Shown here: positions 47,933 to 58,234 of the stretch, one piece after another | How the letters are laid out: each line of letters opens with the position of its first letter | Position numbering within the stretch: position 1 is the first letter of the stretch | Assembly (NCBI GenBank): GCA_965223705.1 | Contig: OZ245015.1 | Coordinates: 2,208,001 to 2,272,000, forward strand | Length of the DNA: 64,000 bases | Direction of reading: 5' to 3' | DNA from: Myxococcota bacterium | GTDB lineage: Bacteria; Myxococcota_A; UBA9160; UBA6930 | Translations under genes and position numbers: made by a program | Notes under the pieces: generated by a model | Databases searched by the model: none | What the model saw: only the letters and a program-made list of their open reading frames with translations | Told to the model about the DNA's origin: nothing

Positions 47933-49500
47933 CGAGGTGCTCCCTCAGAAGCCGACGCGTGACTGAGGTCGCCGGCGACTTTCAGGCGGACCCGAACCGC
48001 TCCGCCTGGGATATATGCGAGGGGGACTTCTTCGAGGTCGACCGTCTCGACGGTACTCGGTTCCGCTCCGGCTTCGACGGCGAGCCTCGTCGCTTCGGCG
48101 CGGGCTTCCTCGAGGGCCTCGTCGCGTTCCGTCCGCTCGTAGGAGAACACGCGATCGACTTCCCCACCGACTTGGGCGATCGATGCGCCGATGGCGTTCG
48201 CCACCCCGGCGTACTCGGGCACGCGTCGGTCCGAACAGCCGGGAATCTCGCGATCGAGGAGTACCGCCCCACCACCGACGAGGATGAGAGGAACCTGACC
48301 CGCCTGGGTCTTCATACGATCCACGCCGTCTGCCACCATGGCGTGCATCCGCGCAACGCACGCTTCGACGACGTCGCGGTCGAGATCCGCGACGCGCTGG
48401 CGATCGCCCAGGTCGGCGTAGCCGGCGGCGACTGCGATGTCGGTCGCGGTGAGGGTCTCCCCACCGAAGACCCGCGCTTCTCGCTCCAGCCGGTGGCCCA
48501 CAGAGCGCGGACCGATGCCGACCTCGGGTCCTTCGAACGTGACGAGGCTACCTCCCCCGAGTCCGAGAGCGATCGTGTCGGGCATACGGAAGTTGGTGCG
48601 GACGCCACCGATGTCGGCCACCACCGAGGACTCGCGTGGGAATCCGCCGACGAGCACGCCGATATCGGTCGTGGTGCCGCCGATGTCGGCCACGGCCGCG
48701 TCCTCGAGACCCGACAAGTACGCCGCGCCGCGCATACTGTTGGTCGGCCCGGACGCGAACGTGAGCACGGGGTAGCGCTCTACGCGCTCGGCGCGCATCA
48801 GGGTCCCGTCGTTCTGGCTGATGTAGAACGGCGCGTCGATGCGAAGCTCTCGCAGTGCATCTCGAAACGACTGCACCACCCGCCGGGCGAGATCGGCAAG
48901 GCTTGCGTTCATCACCGCCGCGTTCTCCCGCTCGAGGAGTCCGATCCGGCCGATCCGAGACGAGAGCGTCACCGCCGCGTCGGGTACCTCGTTACAGATG
49001 ATCTCTTCAGCGCGTTCTTCGAGGTCCGCGTTGACCGGCGAGAAGAGCGCCAGGACGGCCGCGGCGCGCAGACCCTTGCGCTTCATGTCGCGAGCGGCTT
49101 CCGCAAGCCCGGCTTCGTCGAAGGGAGCGAGGGGCCGGCCGTCGCAGTGATAGCCGCCCCGGAGGAGATACGGATGCGACCCGACGGCTCGCGCGAGTCC
49201 CTCGGGCCAGTCGACGAGTGGCGGGAGTGATCGCGCGGCCGGCATCGCAATCCGGAACACGGCGACTTCGAGGAGATTGCGTCGCTCGACGAATGCGTTC
49301 GTGAATTGCGTCGTACCGATCATCACGCTGTCGATGCGATCGGTGGGGGTTCCCGAAGCGTCGAGAACCGCCCGGATCGCGGCGACGATGCCGTCGCTCA
49401 CGTTCTCGCTGGTCGCAGCTTTGTGGCTGGCGATGAGCGTTCGCCCGTCCATCACCACCGCGTCGGTGTTGGTTCCACCGACGTCGACTCCGATCCTCAC
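47929..49500 (-). CDS. Hydantoinase/oxoprolinase family protein
   Basis: IGVDVGGTNTD, SGPTNS, DIGGTTTD, VANAIGA. Confidence 0.92.
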   Translation of the reverse strand: MRIGVDVGGTNTDAVVMDGRTLIASHKAATSENVSDGIVAAIRAVLDASGTPTDRIDSVMIGTTQFTNAFVERRNLLEVAVFRIAMPAARSLPPLVDWPEGLARAVGSHPYLLRGGYHCDGRPLAPFDEAGLAEAARDMKRKGLRAAAVLALFSPVNADLEERAEEIICNEVPDAAVTLSSRIGRIGLLERENAAVMNASLADLARRVVQSFRDALRELRIDAPFYISQNDGTLMRAERVERYPVLTFASGPTNSMRGAAYLSGLEDAAVADIGGTTTDIGVLVGGFPRESSVVADIGGVRTNFRMPDTIALGLGGGSLVTFEGPEVGIGPRSVGHRLEREARVFGGETLTATDIAVAAGYADLGDRQRVADLDRDVVEACVARMHAMVADGVDRMKTQAGQVPLILVGGGAVLLDREIPGCSDRRVPEYAGVANAIGASIAQVGGEVDRVFSYERTERDEALEEARAEATRLAVEAGAEPSTVETVDLEEVPLAYIPGGAVRVRLKVAGDLSHASASEGAPR

Positions 49501-49528
49501 GGTGGGGCTCCGCTCTCGCCGACGTTGT

Positions 49529-50521
49529 TCACAGCGCGGGCAGAATCTCGCGCGCCGCCAGGGCGAGCTGGGTTTCCATCTGGTCCGGCGCGGCCAGCAC
49601 CAACGACACTTGCGCCGCGCCGGCATCGAGGAGGCGCCGAACGCTTTCGGCGCACTCGTCCGGCTCACCCGCGACGGCGAGCAACTCGATCCATTCCGAA
49701 GGCATTTCTTTCGCGACGAGCGCCGGATCGCCCAGTTTTTGAAGCTCGGCGATGTCGTCGTTCAAGCCGAGTGGAGCGGTGAGCGCGGTCGGTCCTACCG
49801 CTGTGAGGTAGTGCGCCACCACGCCGGCCGCCGCGGTGCGGGCCTTCTCCCGATCGGGGTCGCACGCGAAGATCGCGAGAATGGGGAACTCGTGCGTCTT
49901 CCTTCCCGAGAGCGCTCCGCCGCGCTCGATGTGCGTCTTTGCTTCTTCGATGTAGGCCGGAGCGATGAGCACGCTGCCGAGCGTTCCGTCGGCGACCTCG
50001 CCCGAGACTGCGAGAGACCGCGGACCCAGGACGCCGGTCACGATCTTGGCGCCGGGCAAGGGATGAGAGAGCCGGACCGCGTCGAAGTGGAAGTGGCCGT
50101 CGTGTTCGGTGAGGGTCTCCCCTTCGAGCAAGCGCCGCACCGAGACGACGACTTCGCGCAGCACCGCCAGTGGCGACGACGGGTAGACCCCCATCTGGCG
50201 GGTCCACGCCGGGACGCCGTGGCCGATGCCCGCGACCAGGCGATCGGGAAACGCGCGGCCGAGGGTGGCGATCTCCATGGCGGTCACCGCCGGGTGTCGC
50301 GTCACGGAGGAGACAATGCCGAGACCGCAGCGAAGTTCTCGTGTCGAACCGAGGATCGCCCCGGCGCTCGCGAAAGCCGCGAGCTCGAAGTAGTCCTCCG
50401 CCGCCCAGACATCGCGGAAGCCGAGCTCCTCCACCGTGCGCGCCAGACCCGGCAGCTGCTCCGGAGGCAGGTAAGGAGGGATGCAGACCGCTAGAGGGTC
50501 GTCGTAACGCAAAAACTCCAT
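49529..50521 (-). CDS. LLM-class flavin/F420-dependent oxidoreductase
   Basis: WAAEDYF, RHPAVTAME, GIGHG. Confidence 0.88.
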   Translation of the reverse strand: MEFLRYDDPLAVCIPPYLPPEQLPGLARTVEELGFRDVWAAEDYFELAAFASAGAILGSTRELRCGLGIVSSVTRHPAVTAMEIATLGRAFPDRLVAGIGHGVPAWTRQMGVYPSSPLAVLREVVVSVRRLLEGETLTEHDGHFHFDAVRLSHPLPGAKIVTGVLGPRSLAVSGEVADGTLGSVLIAPAYIEEAKTHIERGGALSGRKTHEFPILAIFACDPDREKARTAAAGVVAHYLTAVGPTALTAPLGLNDDIAELQKLGDPALVAKEMPSEWIELLAVAGEPDECAESVRRLLDAGAAQVSLVLAAPDQMETQLALAAREILPAL

Positions 50522-50535
50522 GGAAGGCTCCTGGC

Positions 50536-52833
50536 CTACGGATCGATGCCGCGATCGATGAGGACCGCCAAGACATCTTCCGGTGTAATCGGGATCTTGG
50601 GAATGCGCACACCGAGCGCGTCGGCTACGGCGTTTCCGATGGCGGCGGGGACGAGAACCATGGGCGGCTCTGCGGCACCTTTGGCGCCGAACGGACCGGA
50701 TCCGTCGGGGTGCTCGAGAATCCTCATCTCGACCTCGGGCACGTCCGCGGCGACGGGGAGCCGGTAGTTCTTCAGGCTTTGCTCAAGATATTGTCCGCTA
50801 TCTAGGCGTAAATTCTCGTAAAGGGCATAACCTATACCCTGCGCCACACCGCCCTGGATCTGTCCCACCACGGCCGCCGGATTGATGGCGCGGCCCACTT
50901 CTTGCGCGACGACGTAGCGCAAGACGCGCACGACACCGGTGATCGGGTCGATCGACACTTTCGCGAGGTGTACGTGATACGTCGGGGTGGGGAGTGCCGG
51001 AAACGCCAAGCCACGAGCGCGTTCGGGGTCGAAGGGCACCGGCGCCTCTCCGTGGCGCCCGCTTCCCATGACCGCGCCCGCGCCGAAGGCCGCGGCCGCC
51101 AGCACATCGGTGAGCGGCACTTGTCGCTCCGGCCGTTGGGTGTCGCGCACGATGCCGTCGAGCAGTGCGAGATCGGCGGCGTCCGCTTCGAGCAGCGGCG
51201 CTGCGGTCTCGAAGAGTCGCTCTCGAGCCTGGACGGCCGCGTGCTGTGCGGCTCGTCCCACCGCTCGCGTCGTGCGACTACCCTGCCCGCCGCCGTCGTA
51301 CCCCGCTACATCGGTATCCGGTGCGGCGAGGTGAACTTCGGTCGGGTCGAGACCGAGCTCCTCCGCCACGATTTGGACCACGCCCTGGGCCACCGCTCCG
51401 GTGCCGATGTCGCAAGCGCCGGTGACCACGTGCACCGACCCGTCTTCGTTGAACTTGACCGTCGCAGAGCCTGGCAGCGGATTGGTGAGCCAAACCGCGG
51501 TGGCGATTCCGATCCCTTCGAGGGGTTTCTTGTCGCGCCTGAGCGCCGTCCAGGGCGCCACGGCGTCGACTTCTTCAAAGGCCTTTCGCGCGATGGACAC
51601 GTCGTCCAGGGTCTGACCGTTCGGCAACGACTCCCCGTCGCGCAGCAGTACGCGCAGGCGATAGTCGCGGGGATCGACGCCGAGCTCCTCCGCGATGTGA
51701 TCGGTGTGCTGCTCGATGGCGTTGTAGATGGCGACACCCGACACACCGCGGAACGCGCCGGTGGGCGGCGAGTTCGTGTAGATCAAGCGGAAGCGCGCGC
51801 GAAGCTCGGGCACGCGGTAGCAACCGCCGCCGAGAAGCAGCACCAAGCCCGCCATGAGGGGCATCTCCCCGCAATACGCACCGTTGTCGTGATCCGAGAA
51901 GAGCTCTCGGCCGAGGATCTCACCGTCGGCACCCACGGCCGTGCGCACGGTGATGATGGCGCCCTCCCGACAGGGCGTGACGTGGAGGTCCTCCGCACGC
52001 GAGAACACGAGCTGTACGGGGCGCCCGCCGGCGGCCTTCGAGAGCAGCGCCGCATAGGGCTCCGGGCCGAAGTCGAGCTTTCCGCCGAAGCCGCCGCCCA
52101 CCGTTTGGCCCTCGACCCGGATGTCGCTCGGACGAACCGCGAGAAACTGGGCGAGTCGGTCCCGCAGGTTAAAGATGTATTGGTGGCCGCTACGGATTCT
52201 GTAGCGACCGTCGCGATAGCTCGCGAGAGTGGCTTTGGGCTCGAGATACGCCTGGTACTGGCGATCGTGGGTAAAGGTGTCCTCGACGACTCGGTGCGCC
52301 GTGCGGAACGCCTCGTCGACGCCGCTCGTCTCGTGGCTCCACTCGGTGGCGACGTTTTCGTGGGGAGATAGATCGAGGCCCGGCAGCTGTGCGTACTCGG
52401 CGAGTTGTGGATGGAGGCGCGGCGCGTCGAGTGCGAGCGCCTGATCCATGGTCGAGACGACCGTGCGTTCTTCGAACTCGACCGCGATCTCGGAGAGAGC
52501 GGCGCGTGCGGTCTCGAGATCATCGGCGGCGACGGCGGCCAGCGGTTCACCCTGGTAGCGCACGACGTCGCCTGCGAACAACGGGGTATCGCGGATGACC
52601 CAGCCGGCCAGTTCACCGGGCGCGTCCTTTGCCGACACCGCGGCGCGGACGCCGGGCATGCGCCGCGCCCGCGAAAGATCGATCCGCAACACGCGCGCCG
52701 AAGGCACGGGCGAGCGAAGGATCGCGCCGTAAAGCATTCCCGGTTCGCTCAGGTCTCCCGCGTAGGTGGCCTGTCCGGTCACCTTGGCGCGGCCGTCGCT
52801 CCGCCAAGTGCTGGTTCCGACGACGTCGGTCAC
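50536..52833 (-). CDS. Xanthine dehydrogenase-family molybdopterin-binding subunit
   Basis: KVTGQA, VGGGFGGK, AFRG, GSRTT, GQIQGG, GAKGAAEP. Confidence 0.93.
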   Translation of the reverse strand: MTDVVGTSTWRSDGRAKVTGQATYAGDLSEPGMLYGAILRSPVPSARVLRIDLSRARRMPGVRAAVSAKDAPGELAGWVIRDTPLFAGDVVRYQGEPLAAVAADDLETARAALSEIAVEFEERTVVSTMDQALALDAPRLHPQLAEYAQLPGLDLSPHENVATEWSHETSGVDEAFRTAHRVVEDTFTHDRQYQAYLEPKATLASYRDGRYRIRSGHQYIFNLRDRLAQFLAVRPSDIRVEGQTVGGGFGGKLDFGPEPYAALLSKAAGGRPVQLVFSRAEDLHVTPCREGAIITVRTAVGADGEILGRELFSDHDNGAYCGEMPLMAGLVLLLGGGCYRVPELRARFRLIYTNSPPTGAFRGVSGVAIYNAIEQHTDHIAEELGVDPRDYRLRVLLRDGESLPNGQTLDDVSIARKAFEEVDAVAPWTALRRDKKPLEGIGIATAVWLTNPLPGSATVKFNEDGSVHVVTGACDIGTGAVAQGVVQIVAEELGLDPTEVHLAAPDTDVAGYDGGGQGSRTTRAVGRAAQHAAVQARERLFETAAPLLEADAADLALLDGIVRDTQRPERQVPLTDVLAAAAFGAGAVMGSGRHGEAPVPFDPERARGLAFPALPTPTYHVHLAKVSIDPITGVVRVLRYVVAQEVGRAINPAAVVGQIQGGVAQGIGYALYENLRLDSGQYLEQSLKNYRLPVAADVPEVEMRILEHPDGSGPFGAKGAAEPPMVLVPAAIGNAVADALGVRIPKIPITPEDVLAVLIDRGIDP

Positions 52834-53285
52834 GGTTGGCGTGCGGCGTCGAGGGCGGCCGCGACCATCGCCGCATAGCCCGTGCAGCGACAGAGGTTTC
52901 CCGCCAGGGCCCGCTTGATGTCGTCGGCGGTAGGCTTGGAGTCGCGTCGCAGCAGTGCCGTAAGCACCATCACGACGCCGGGCGTGCAAAAGCCACATTG
53001 GATCCCGCCGCGCGTGAGCAGCGCTCGCTGCAGCCGTGAAAGCTCATCGCGACCGATGCCTTCGATCGAGGTGACGGAACGCCCGTCGGCATGGGCTGCG
53101 GGGAAAAGGCAAGCGGCCACGGGATCTCCGTCGATGAGGACGGTGCAGGCGCCGCATTCGCCCTCGCGGCAGCCGTCCTTGGTTCCGGGCAGGTGCAACT
53201 TCTGCCGAAGGGTATCGAGGAGCACCTCTGCGGGCTCGACCTCGACCTGTTCGGCCGTGCCGTTGACTTCGAGTTCGAGCTTCAC
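52830..53285 (-). CDS. (2Fe-2S)-binding subunit (CoxS/XdhC-type)
   Basis: GCREGECGACTV, QCGFCTPG, NLCRCTGY. Confidence 0.95.
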   Translation of the reverse strand: MKLELEVNGTAEQVEVEPAEVLLDTLRQKLHLPGTKDGCREGECGACTVLIDGDPVAACLFPAAHADGRSVTSIEGIGRDELSRLQRALLTRGGIQCGFCTPGVVMVLTALLRRDSKPTADDIKRALAGNLCRCTGYAAMVAAALDAARQP

Positions 53286-54142
53286 GCGGCTGCCACCTCA
53301 CGGATCAGCTCTCGCGCGTTCGATACCAACAAGCGAGAGGCGACCGCACGCCTGTAGCCGCGACTCGCCCACGTGTCGTCGAGTGGATCCGCGCCACGCG
53401 CGAGCGCTTCCCCGGCTTCGCGGAGGTCGGCCTCGCTGGGACGGCCGAGGAGCATCCTCTCGGTCTCCGGAAACCGCCGCGCGGTCGGCGTGATTCCGGA
53501 AACCGCGAGTCGGGCATCGCGGATTTCGCCTCCTTCACCCGGCACCAGCGCGATCGCGAAGCCGACCAGGGCGACCTCCATCGCTCCTCGCCGCCCGACC
53601 TTCACGTAGCGTGCGGCTGCGCCGGCGGGGGCGGCGTCGAACGAGACGTCGAGCAACAGTTCGTCGGACGCGCGCGCGGTTTCCCCCGGTCCCCGAAGAA
53701 AGGCATCGAGCGCGAGGGAGCGCTCGCCGCTGTCACGACTCTTGAGTCGCAGCACGGCATCGCGCAACAGGAGAGCGGGCACGAGCTCGGCCGTCGGCGC
53801 GGCGTTGCACAGGTTCCCGCCCAACGTCGCCACCACGCGCGTTTGCCACCCACCGAGGTGAGCGGCGGCCATCCCGAGTGTTGTGTCTCCGTGCGAGCCT
53901 TCGTTCCGCGCCAAGTCCTCGACTCGAGCGAGCGCGCCGACCCGCACGCCCCCGCCTTCCGACGAGACGCCCGAGAGTTCCGCGCGGAGGCCGTCGAGGG
54001 AGATCAGCGCCGAAGGCCGGGCGTCACGCGGAGCGAGGCCGAGCATCGCGCAGGTCGCACCCGCAATCGGCAGCGCGTCCTCTCCGTAGTCGGCCAAAGC
54101 TGCCACCGCCTCGTCGACGCTCGTGGGACGGACGAACTCCAT
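53282..54142 (-). CDS. FAD-binding subunit (CoxM-type)
   Basis: PTSVDEA, IAGAT, ATLGGNLCNAAP. Confidence 0.92.
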   Translation of the reverse strand: MEFVRPTSVDEAVAALADYGEDALPIAGATCAMLGLAPRDARPSALISLDGLRAELSGVSSEGGGVRVGALARVEDLARNEGSHGDTTLGMAAAHLGGWQTRVVATLGGNLCNAAPTAELVPALLLRDAVLRLKSRDSGERSLALDAFLRGPGETARASDELLLDVSFDAAPAGAAARYVKVGRRGAMEVALVGFAIALVPGEGGEIRDARLAVSGITPTARRFPETERMLLGRPSEADLREAGEALARGADPLDDTWASRGYRRAVASRLLVSNARELIREVAAA

Positions 54143-54145
54143 ACG

Positions 54146-56071
54146 CTATGCGCGCTCCGCGAGTGCTTCCGCGGCCTCGATGTAGCGCGCAACGTCTTCC
54201 GCCAGAAGCAGTCGCTCGCGCTGCAATCCCTCCGCGGCCTCACGGACTCGCTCGACGTACGCGTCGTGGGAGGGGTAGCGCTCCTCGAGGGAGCGACGCG
54301 GGTCGCCGCTGCGCTCGCGTTCGACCCGGGTCGCGGGGAACGGGAAGCACGACCCGACGACCATGAGAGCGTCTTCGGCGAACTCCCGGTTGCGGAGATT
54401 CCAGCCCGTGAGCGTCGCACGAGGGACGGCGACCTCGGGCAGACGGATTCCCGCCCGCTCGTTTCCATCTTCGTCGAGCTTCGGTACGAGCAGGCTGTAG
54501 CCGGTCCCGGGGACGGGGCGCGGCGGCTGGGTGCCGTAGTCCATCCGCGAGAGCTCGTTGATCACATCCGGATAGCGAACGCCCGGAATCTTCGGGAAGC
54601 CCGGGCTCTCCTTCGGGAACGGGGGAACGAGGGTGCCGTCGGCGACACTCGGGTAGCGGCTCGGCGGGGCCTCTTCTCGGCCGCTCACCCACGCTTCGAG
54701 TGCGGCGAGAAGAGAACGGTTGAGCGGCGCGTAGTCGGTCGTGTTCAAGGGATACACGGGATCTTGGGAGAAGATGCCCGCGTGCTTCATCATCACCGGT
54801 CCGGCGTGCTGGGTGCCGGCGAAGAGGTAGAGTCGCACCGCGTCGGGAAGCTCGATGTCGTGTCCGTCCTCGTCGGTTACCAGCAGCGAGCTACGTCCTT
54901 GCCAAAACTCGGTGCTCGAATCGACGTGGATCATCTTGGGACAGGTTCCGGTCGCGGTAGCGCGCTCGAGGATGCCGTCTCGTATGCCGGTCACGGGATC
55001 CGTCCGGGTGGCGTAGGTGAACGGAAATTGATCCTCGGGGTAGAGGTGATCCTCGTGCTCACGGTGGAAGCGGCCGGGCTGTGAGAACGGTGCGTTCAAA
55101 TCGATGCGCCGGGAGCCGGCGATCGAAGCGTAGATCCCGTCGAACACCTTACGCCCGGTCTCGTCCTGGTTGAAGCCCAGCCGCAGGAACTCCCGCAAGA
55201 AACGCCCGGGTTGGGAGCGCCCGTAGGCGATGGCGTACTCAAGCGGCGCGGTCTCGAGGGGGATGGGGTTCGCGACGCCCGCTTCGTCCGCAACCTCGTG
55301 TCGGAAGAACGAGACCAGGTCGCGCACGGCGGCGAAACCGAGCCCCATCACGATCGGGTCCCTGGCGGGGTAGATGAACTCGTAGAGGGCGCCCGAGCCG
55401 AAGCCCGGCACGGGGTCAATTTCGATGGCGCGGGGAGAGACGTAGCGCCAGCGGTTCCGGTCCACCGGAGTGCGCGGGTCGGATTCCCGCTGCCGCACCG
55501 AAAGTGAGGCCTCCGCCGGGTCGAGGCTTGCGGCGGGGTAGTTGAGCGGTGCCGCGGCGGGTTCCTCGACCTGACCGAGCATGATCTCCTCCCGGCAGAT
55601 CGCAACGATCGGTTCGCCTCCGTCCGTGGCTACCGGGTAGTGCGCGAGCATCTTCTGCTCTTCGTCCGCCACGCCTCCCTGCCAGGCGCTAAACAGCACG
55701 GTGTAACCCGCGCGCATCAGGTAACCGTTCCCGGCGTCGGCCGGACTCGTTGGATCGTTCGAGCTCGCTCCTTTCTCCGCGCTGTTGATGTCGATCAGCG
55801 CCAGCTTGTCGCCGCGATTCGACGTGTCGAAGAGAAGCCGCCGGTTCCCCGCGCGAGGATCGGTCGGGCACAGCACGCAGAAGTCAACGCTGTAAGCGAC
55901 ACGACCACTCGGGTCGAGGGGAGCCTTGTCGAGGTTCGCGATCTCGCGGTTCAGCGGGTGCTTCGGATCGACGGAGCCGTGGACCCGGCCGACGACCTTT
56001 CGGTAGGTGCCGACATCGCCAAACCGCGTGCCTCCGAAGGCCTCTTCGTTCCGCTCGATCTCGAGACGCAT
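54146..56071 (-). CDS. Alpha/beta hydrolase domain protein
   Basis: SNRG, GLGFAAVRD, GRSQPGRFLR nucleophile elbow, GTQH, DGNE. Confidence 0.8.
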   Translation of the reverse strand: MRLEIERNEEAFGGTRFGDVGTYRKVVGRVHGSVDPKHPLNREIANLDKAPLDPSGRVAYSVDFCVLCPTDPRAGNRRLLFDTSNRGDKLALIDINSAEKGASSNDPTSPADAGNGYLMRAGYTVLFSAWQGGVADEEQKMLAHYPVATDGGEPIVAICREEIMLGQVEEPAAAPLNYPAASLDPAEASLSVRQRESDPRTPVDRNRWRYVSPRAIEIDPVPGFGSGALYEFIYPARDPIVMGLGFAAVRDLVSFFRHEVADEAGVANPIPLETAPLEYAIAYGRSQPGRFLREFLRLGFNQDETGRKVFDGIYASIAGSRRIDLNAPFSQPGRFHREHEDHLYPEDQFPFTYATRTDPVTGIRDGILERATATGTCPKMIHVDSSTEFWQGRSSLLVTDEDGHDIELPDAVRLYLFAGTQHAGPVMMKHAGIFSQDPVYPLNTTDYAPLNRSLLAALEAWVSGREEAPPSRYPSVADGTLVPPFPKESPGFPKIPGVRYPDVINELSRMDYGTQPPRPVPGTGYSLLVPKLDEDGNERAGIRLPEVAVPRATLTGWNLRNREFAEDALMVVGSCFPFPATRVERERSGDPRRSLEERYPSHDAYVERVREAAEGLQRERLLLAEDVARYIEAAEALAERA

Positions 56072-57310
56072 CTAGGCGTTCCCCGTAGGCCGGTCCCATT
56101 CCGGGAATGCGGGTACGTCGAGCTTGGGAAGGACCTTGGTCATGAAGGTCTCGAGCTCGTCGATCACGGTCTGCTTCGGCGCTTGTGCGTAGTGCCAGAT
56201 GAGGCACACGAACTCGCAGGGCACGCGATCGAGGAGCGCCTGCCAGTACGCAACCTGGTCGTCGACGGTGCCGATCGGGAAGAGCCCCGTGTCGAGCATG
56301 CGCTGCACCATATCGGTGGCCCCTTCGATCAGCGCCGGGAAGAACGAGCCGTAGTGGTTCCTGTAGAACTCCTCGTCCCGTGTGGCGAGGATGCGGCGCG
56401 CGGCTTCGGCGCTATCGGCAAAGTGCGGCCAGCGTACGACGCACTGGCGTTCGCCGAGTCGGTACGCGAGCCCGCGCTCCTGCCCGTGGGCGACGTAGTG
56501 GTGCGCCATCTCTTCCATACCTTCGAGGCTGGTGAAGTACACGGGCACAATGCCGCGCTCTGAGCAGAAGCCGATGGACTCCAAGCTGCCGCTCACCGCG
56601 GTGAAGACCGGCGGGTGCGGCCGTTGGAAGGGCGCCGGGACGACGGAGACGCGCCGCACCGCTCCGGCTTCGTCGATCTCTCCCGGAGCGCCGAGGCGTT
56701 TGGCCACGTCCGCACCGGGGAAACCTTCGACACCGGTGTCGAACGGGTACGGCGCCTGGTAGTGCTCGCCTTCGAACGAGACGGTTTCGTCGGTCCAGCA
56801 GGCGAGGATCTGGTCCACCCGCTCTTCGAAGAGCTCGCGGTTCTTGCGATCGTCGTCGCTGCCGTCGCTCACGGTGGCCTGCATGTCGGTGTACTGGCCG
56901 AGAATGCTGGTCCAGCGTTTCTGGTAGCCCCGGGCGAAGCCCGCGAAGTACCGGCCGCGGGTCAGGTGGTCGAGCATCGCCATCTCTTCGGCCACGCGGA
57001 TCGGGTCCCGAGTGCCGACGACGTAGCCGAGGGCGCCCAAGCGGACGTTCTCGACCTGGCTCGCCCAGTAGGCGTTCAGCACGCCAGGGTTGGGTGAGAC
57101 CTCGTAGCCCTCGGAATGGAGATGGTGCTCGATAGTGCTGACGGCCCAGACGCCGAGTTGGTCCGCCGCCTTCACGATATCGGTCATCTCGTGGATGACG
57201 TCGTGGTAGAGCGCGCTGTCACGCCCGAGCGGACGTCGAGCGGCGCGTTCGGCCTCGTCGGCGGCCGGTAGGACGGGGTACAGGTTGACGATCACCTTGG
57301 GTCGGGCCAT
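56072..57310 (-). CDS. LLM-class luciferase-like monooxygenase
   Basis: IEHHLHSEG, DPIRVAEE, GFARGYQ, PFQRPHPP; GAGGAAA RBS before ATG 57310. Confidence 0.88.
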   Translation of the reverse strand: MARPKVIVNLYPVLPAADEAERAARRPLGRDSALYHDVIHEMTDIVKAADQLGVWAVSTIEHHLHSEGYEVSPNPGVLNAYWASQVENVRLGALGYVVGTRDPIRVAEEMAMLDHLTRGRYFAGFARGYQKRWTSILGQYTDMQATVSDGSDDDRKNRELFEERVDQILACWTDETVSFEGEHYQAPYPFDTGVEGFPGADVAKRLGAPGEIDEAGAVRRVSVVPAPFQRPHPPVFTAVSGSLESIGFCSERGIVPVYFTSLEGMEEMAHHYVAHGQERGLAYRLGERQCVVRWPHFADSAEAARRILATRDEEFYRNHYGSFFPALIEGATDMVQRMLDTGLFPIGTVDDQVAYWQALLDRVPCEFVCLIWHYAQAPKQTVIDELETFMTKVLPKLDVPAFPEWDRPTGNA

Positions 57311-57336
57311 GAGTTTCCTCCCTCGACCCGACCATC

Positions 57337-58224
57337 CTACGCGAATCCGCCACCGCGCTCGAGAGACAGTTCCGCGCGCACATCGTCCGGCGTTGCGAGG
57401 ACCCCGCCGGCGGCTTCGACGCGTCTCGCGACAGCCGCGACGAGCTCCGCGTTGGTGGGGGTGCCCAGCTCGCGAAAGGGATGATCCCCCAGGCCGAACG
57501 AGAGGTGGCCGCCCCGGGCCACGACCGCCTCGACCATCGCGAGCAAGTTGCCGCCCGCAGAAAGTGCGATCCACCGCTCGGCCCGATCCGGCAGAAACGG
57601 CAGCAGGGCGTCGAGGCCGGCCTCGGTCGCGGGGTGCACCGCCAGGATCGAGTCGGAGAGGACGATCTCGACGAGGAGCGGTCCCTCGAGCTCGCCCATC
57701 TCGAAGAGCGCGCCGAGCACCCGCGCCGATCCGACGTTCCACAAGACGGGCAAGACGGCGACACCACAGCCGCGGATCGCGGCGATCTCGGTGCGGATCC
57801 CGGCGATCGAGTTGCGGTACACGAGATCTTCCGCGCCGAACCCCCGACCGGGTCGGTACGGATCGATGTTCGAGCTCGCGAGGTCCACCGGAGCGAAATC
57901 CGGCCGCGTTTCCGGGTCCTTCGCCAGAACCGGGATGTGGGCGACTCGCTCCGCCGCGTCGTCGATCGTGTAGGCGCCGAGCGTCGGCGTGATGAGCATG
58001 TCGCAGGCGCCGCGGATCGCTCGAATCGCGTCGCCATAGTCGGCCACGGCGTGGGCGGGCGCCCCAGTTTTCGGGTCTCGCGCGTGGAAGTGGTAGAGCG
58101 CCGCGCCGGCCTCGCGGCAGGCCGCGGCGTCGGCGGCGAGCTCGTCCGCCGACCACGGCACGTGCGGGTTCGCCGCGCGGCTCGCGTACTCGTTTGCACG
58201 GACCTCGAGAATGACCTTGGCCAT
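57337..58224 (-). CDS. BKACE/DUF849 (3-keto-5-aminohexanoate cleavage enzyme-like) protein, atypical active site
   Basis: NPHVP, EAGAALYHFHARD, GGHLSFGLGD, TNAELV. Confidence 0.85.
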   Translation of the reverse strand: MAKVILEVRANEYASRAANPHVPWSADELAADAAACREAGAALYHFHARDPKTGAPAHAVADYGDAIRAIRGACDMLITPTLGAYTIDDAAERVAHIPVLAKDPETRPDFAPVDLASSNIDPYRPGRGFGAEDLVYRNSIAGIRTEIAAIRGCGVAVLPVLWNVGSARVLGALFEMGELEGPLLVEIVLSDSILAVHPATEAGLDALLPFLPDRAERWIALSAGGNLLAMVEAVVARGGHLSFGLGDHPFRELGTPTNAELVAAVARRVEAAGGVLATPDDVRAELSLERGGGFA

Positions 58225-58234
58225 CGGCGATGAA

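Noticed and set aside
50536..54142. 4-hydroxybenzoyl-CoA reductase or CO dehydrogenase call
   Set aside because: FAD subunit lacks the Cys-rich 4Fe-4S insert of HcrB; large subunit has AFRGVSG, not AYxCSFR
57311..58156. Long N-terminal extension of the 694-aa ORF 56072..58156
   Set aside because: Arg/Gly-rich shadow of the BKACE gene in another frame; the LLM starts at 57310 with an RBS
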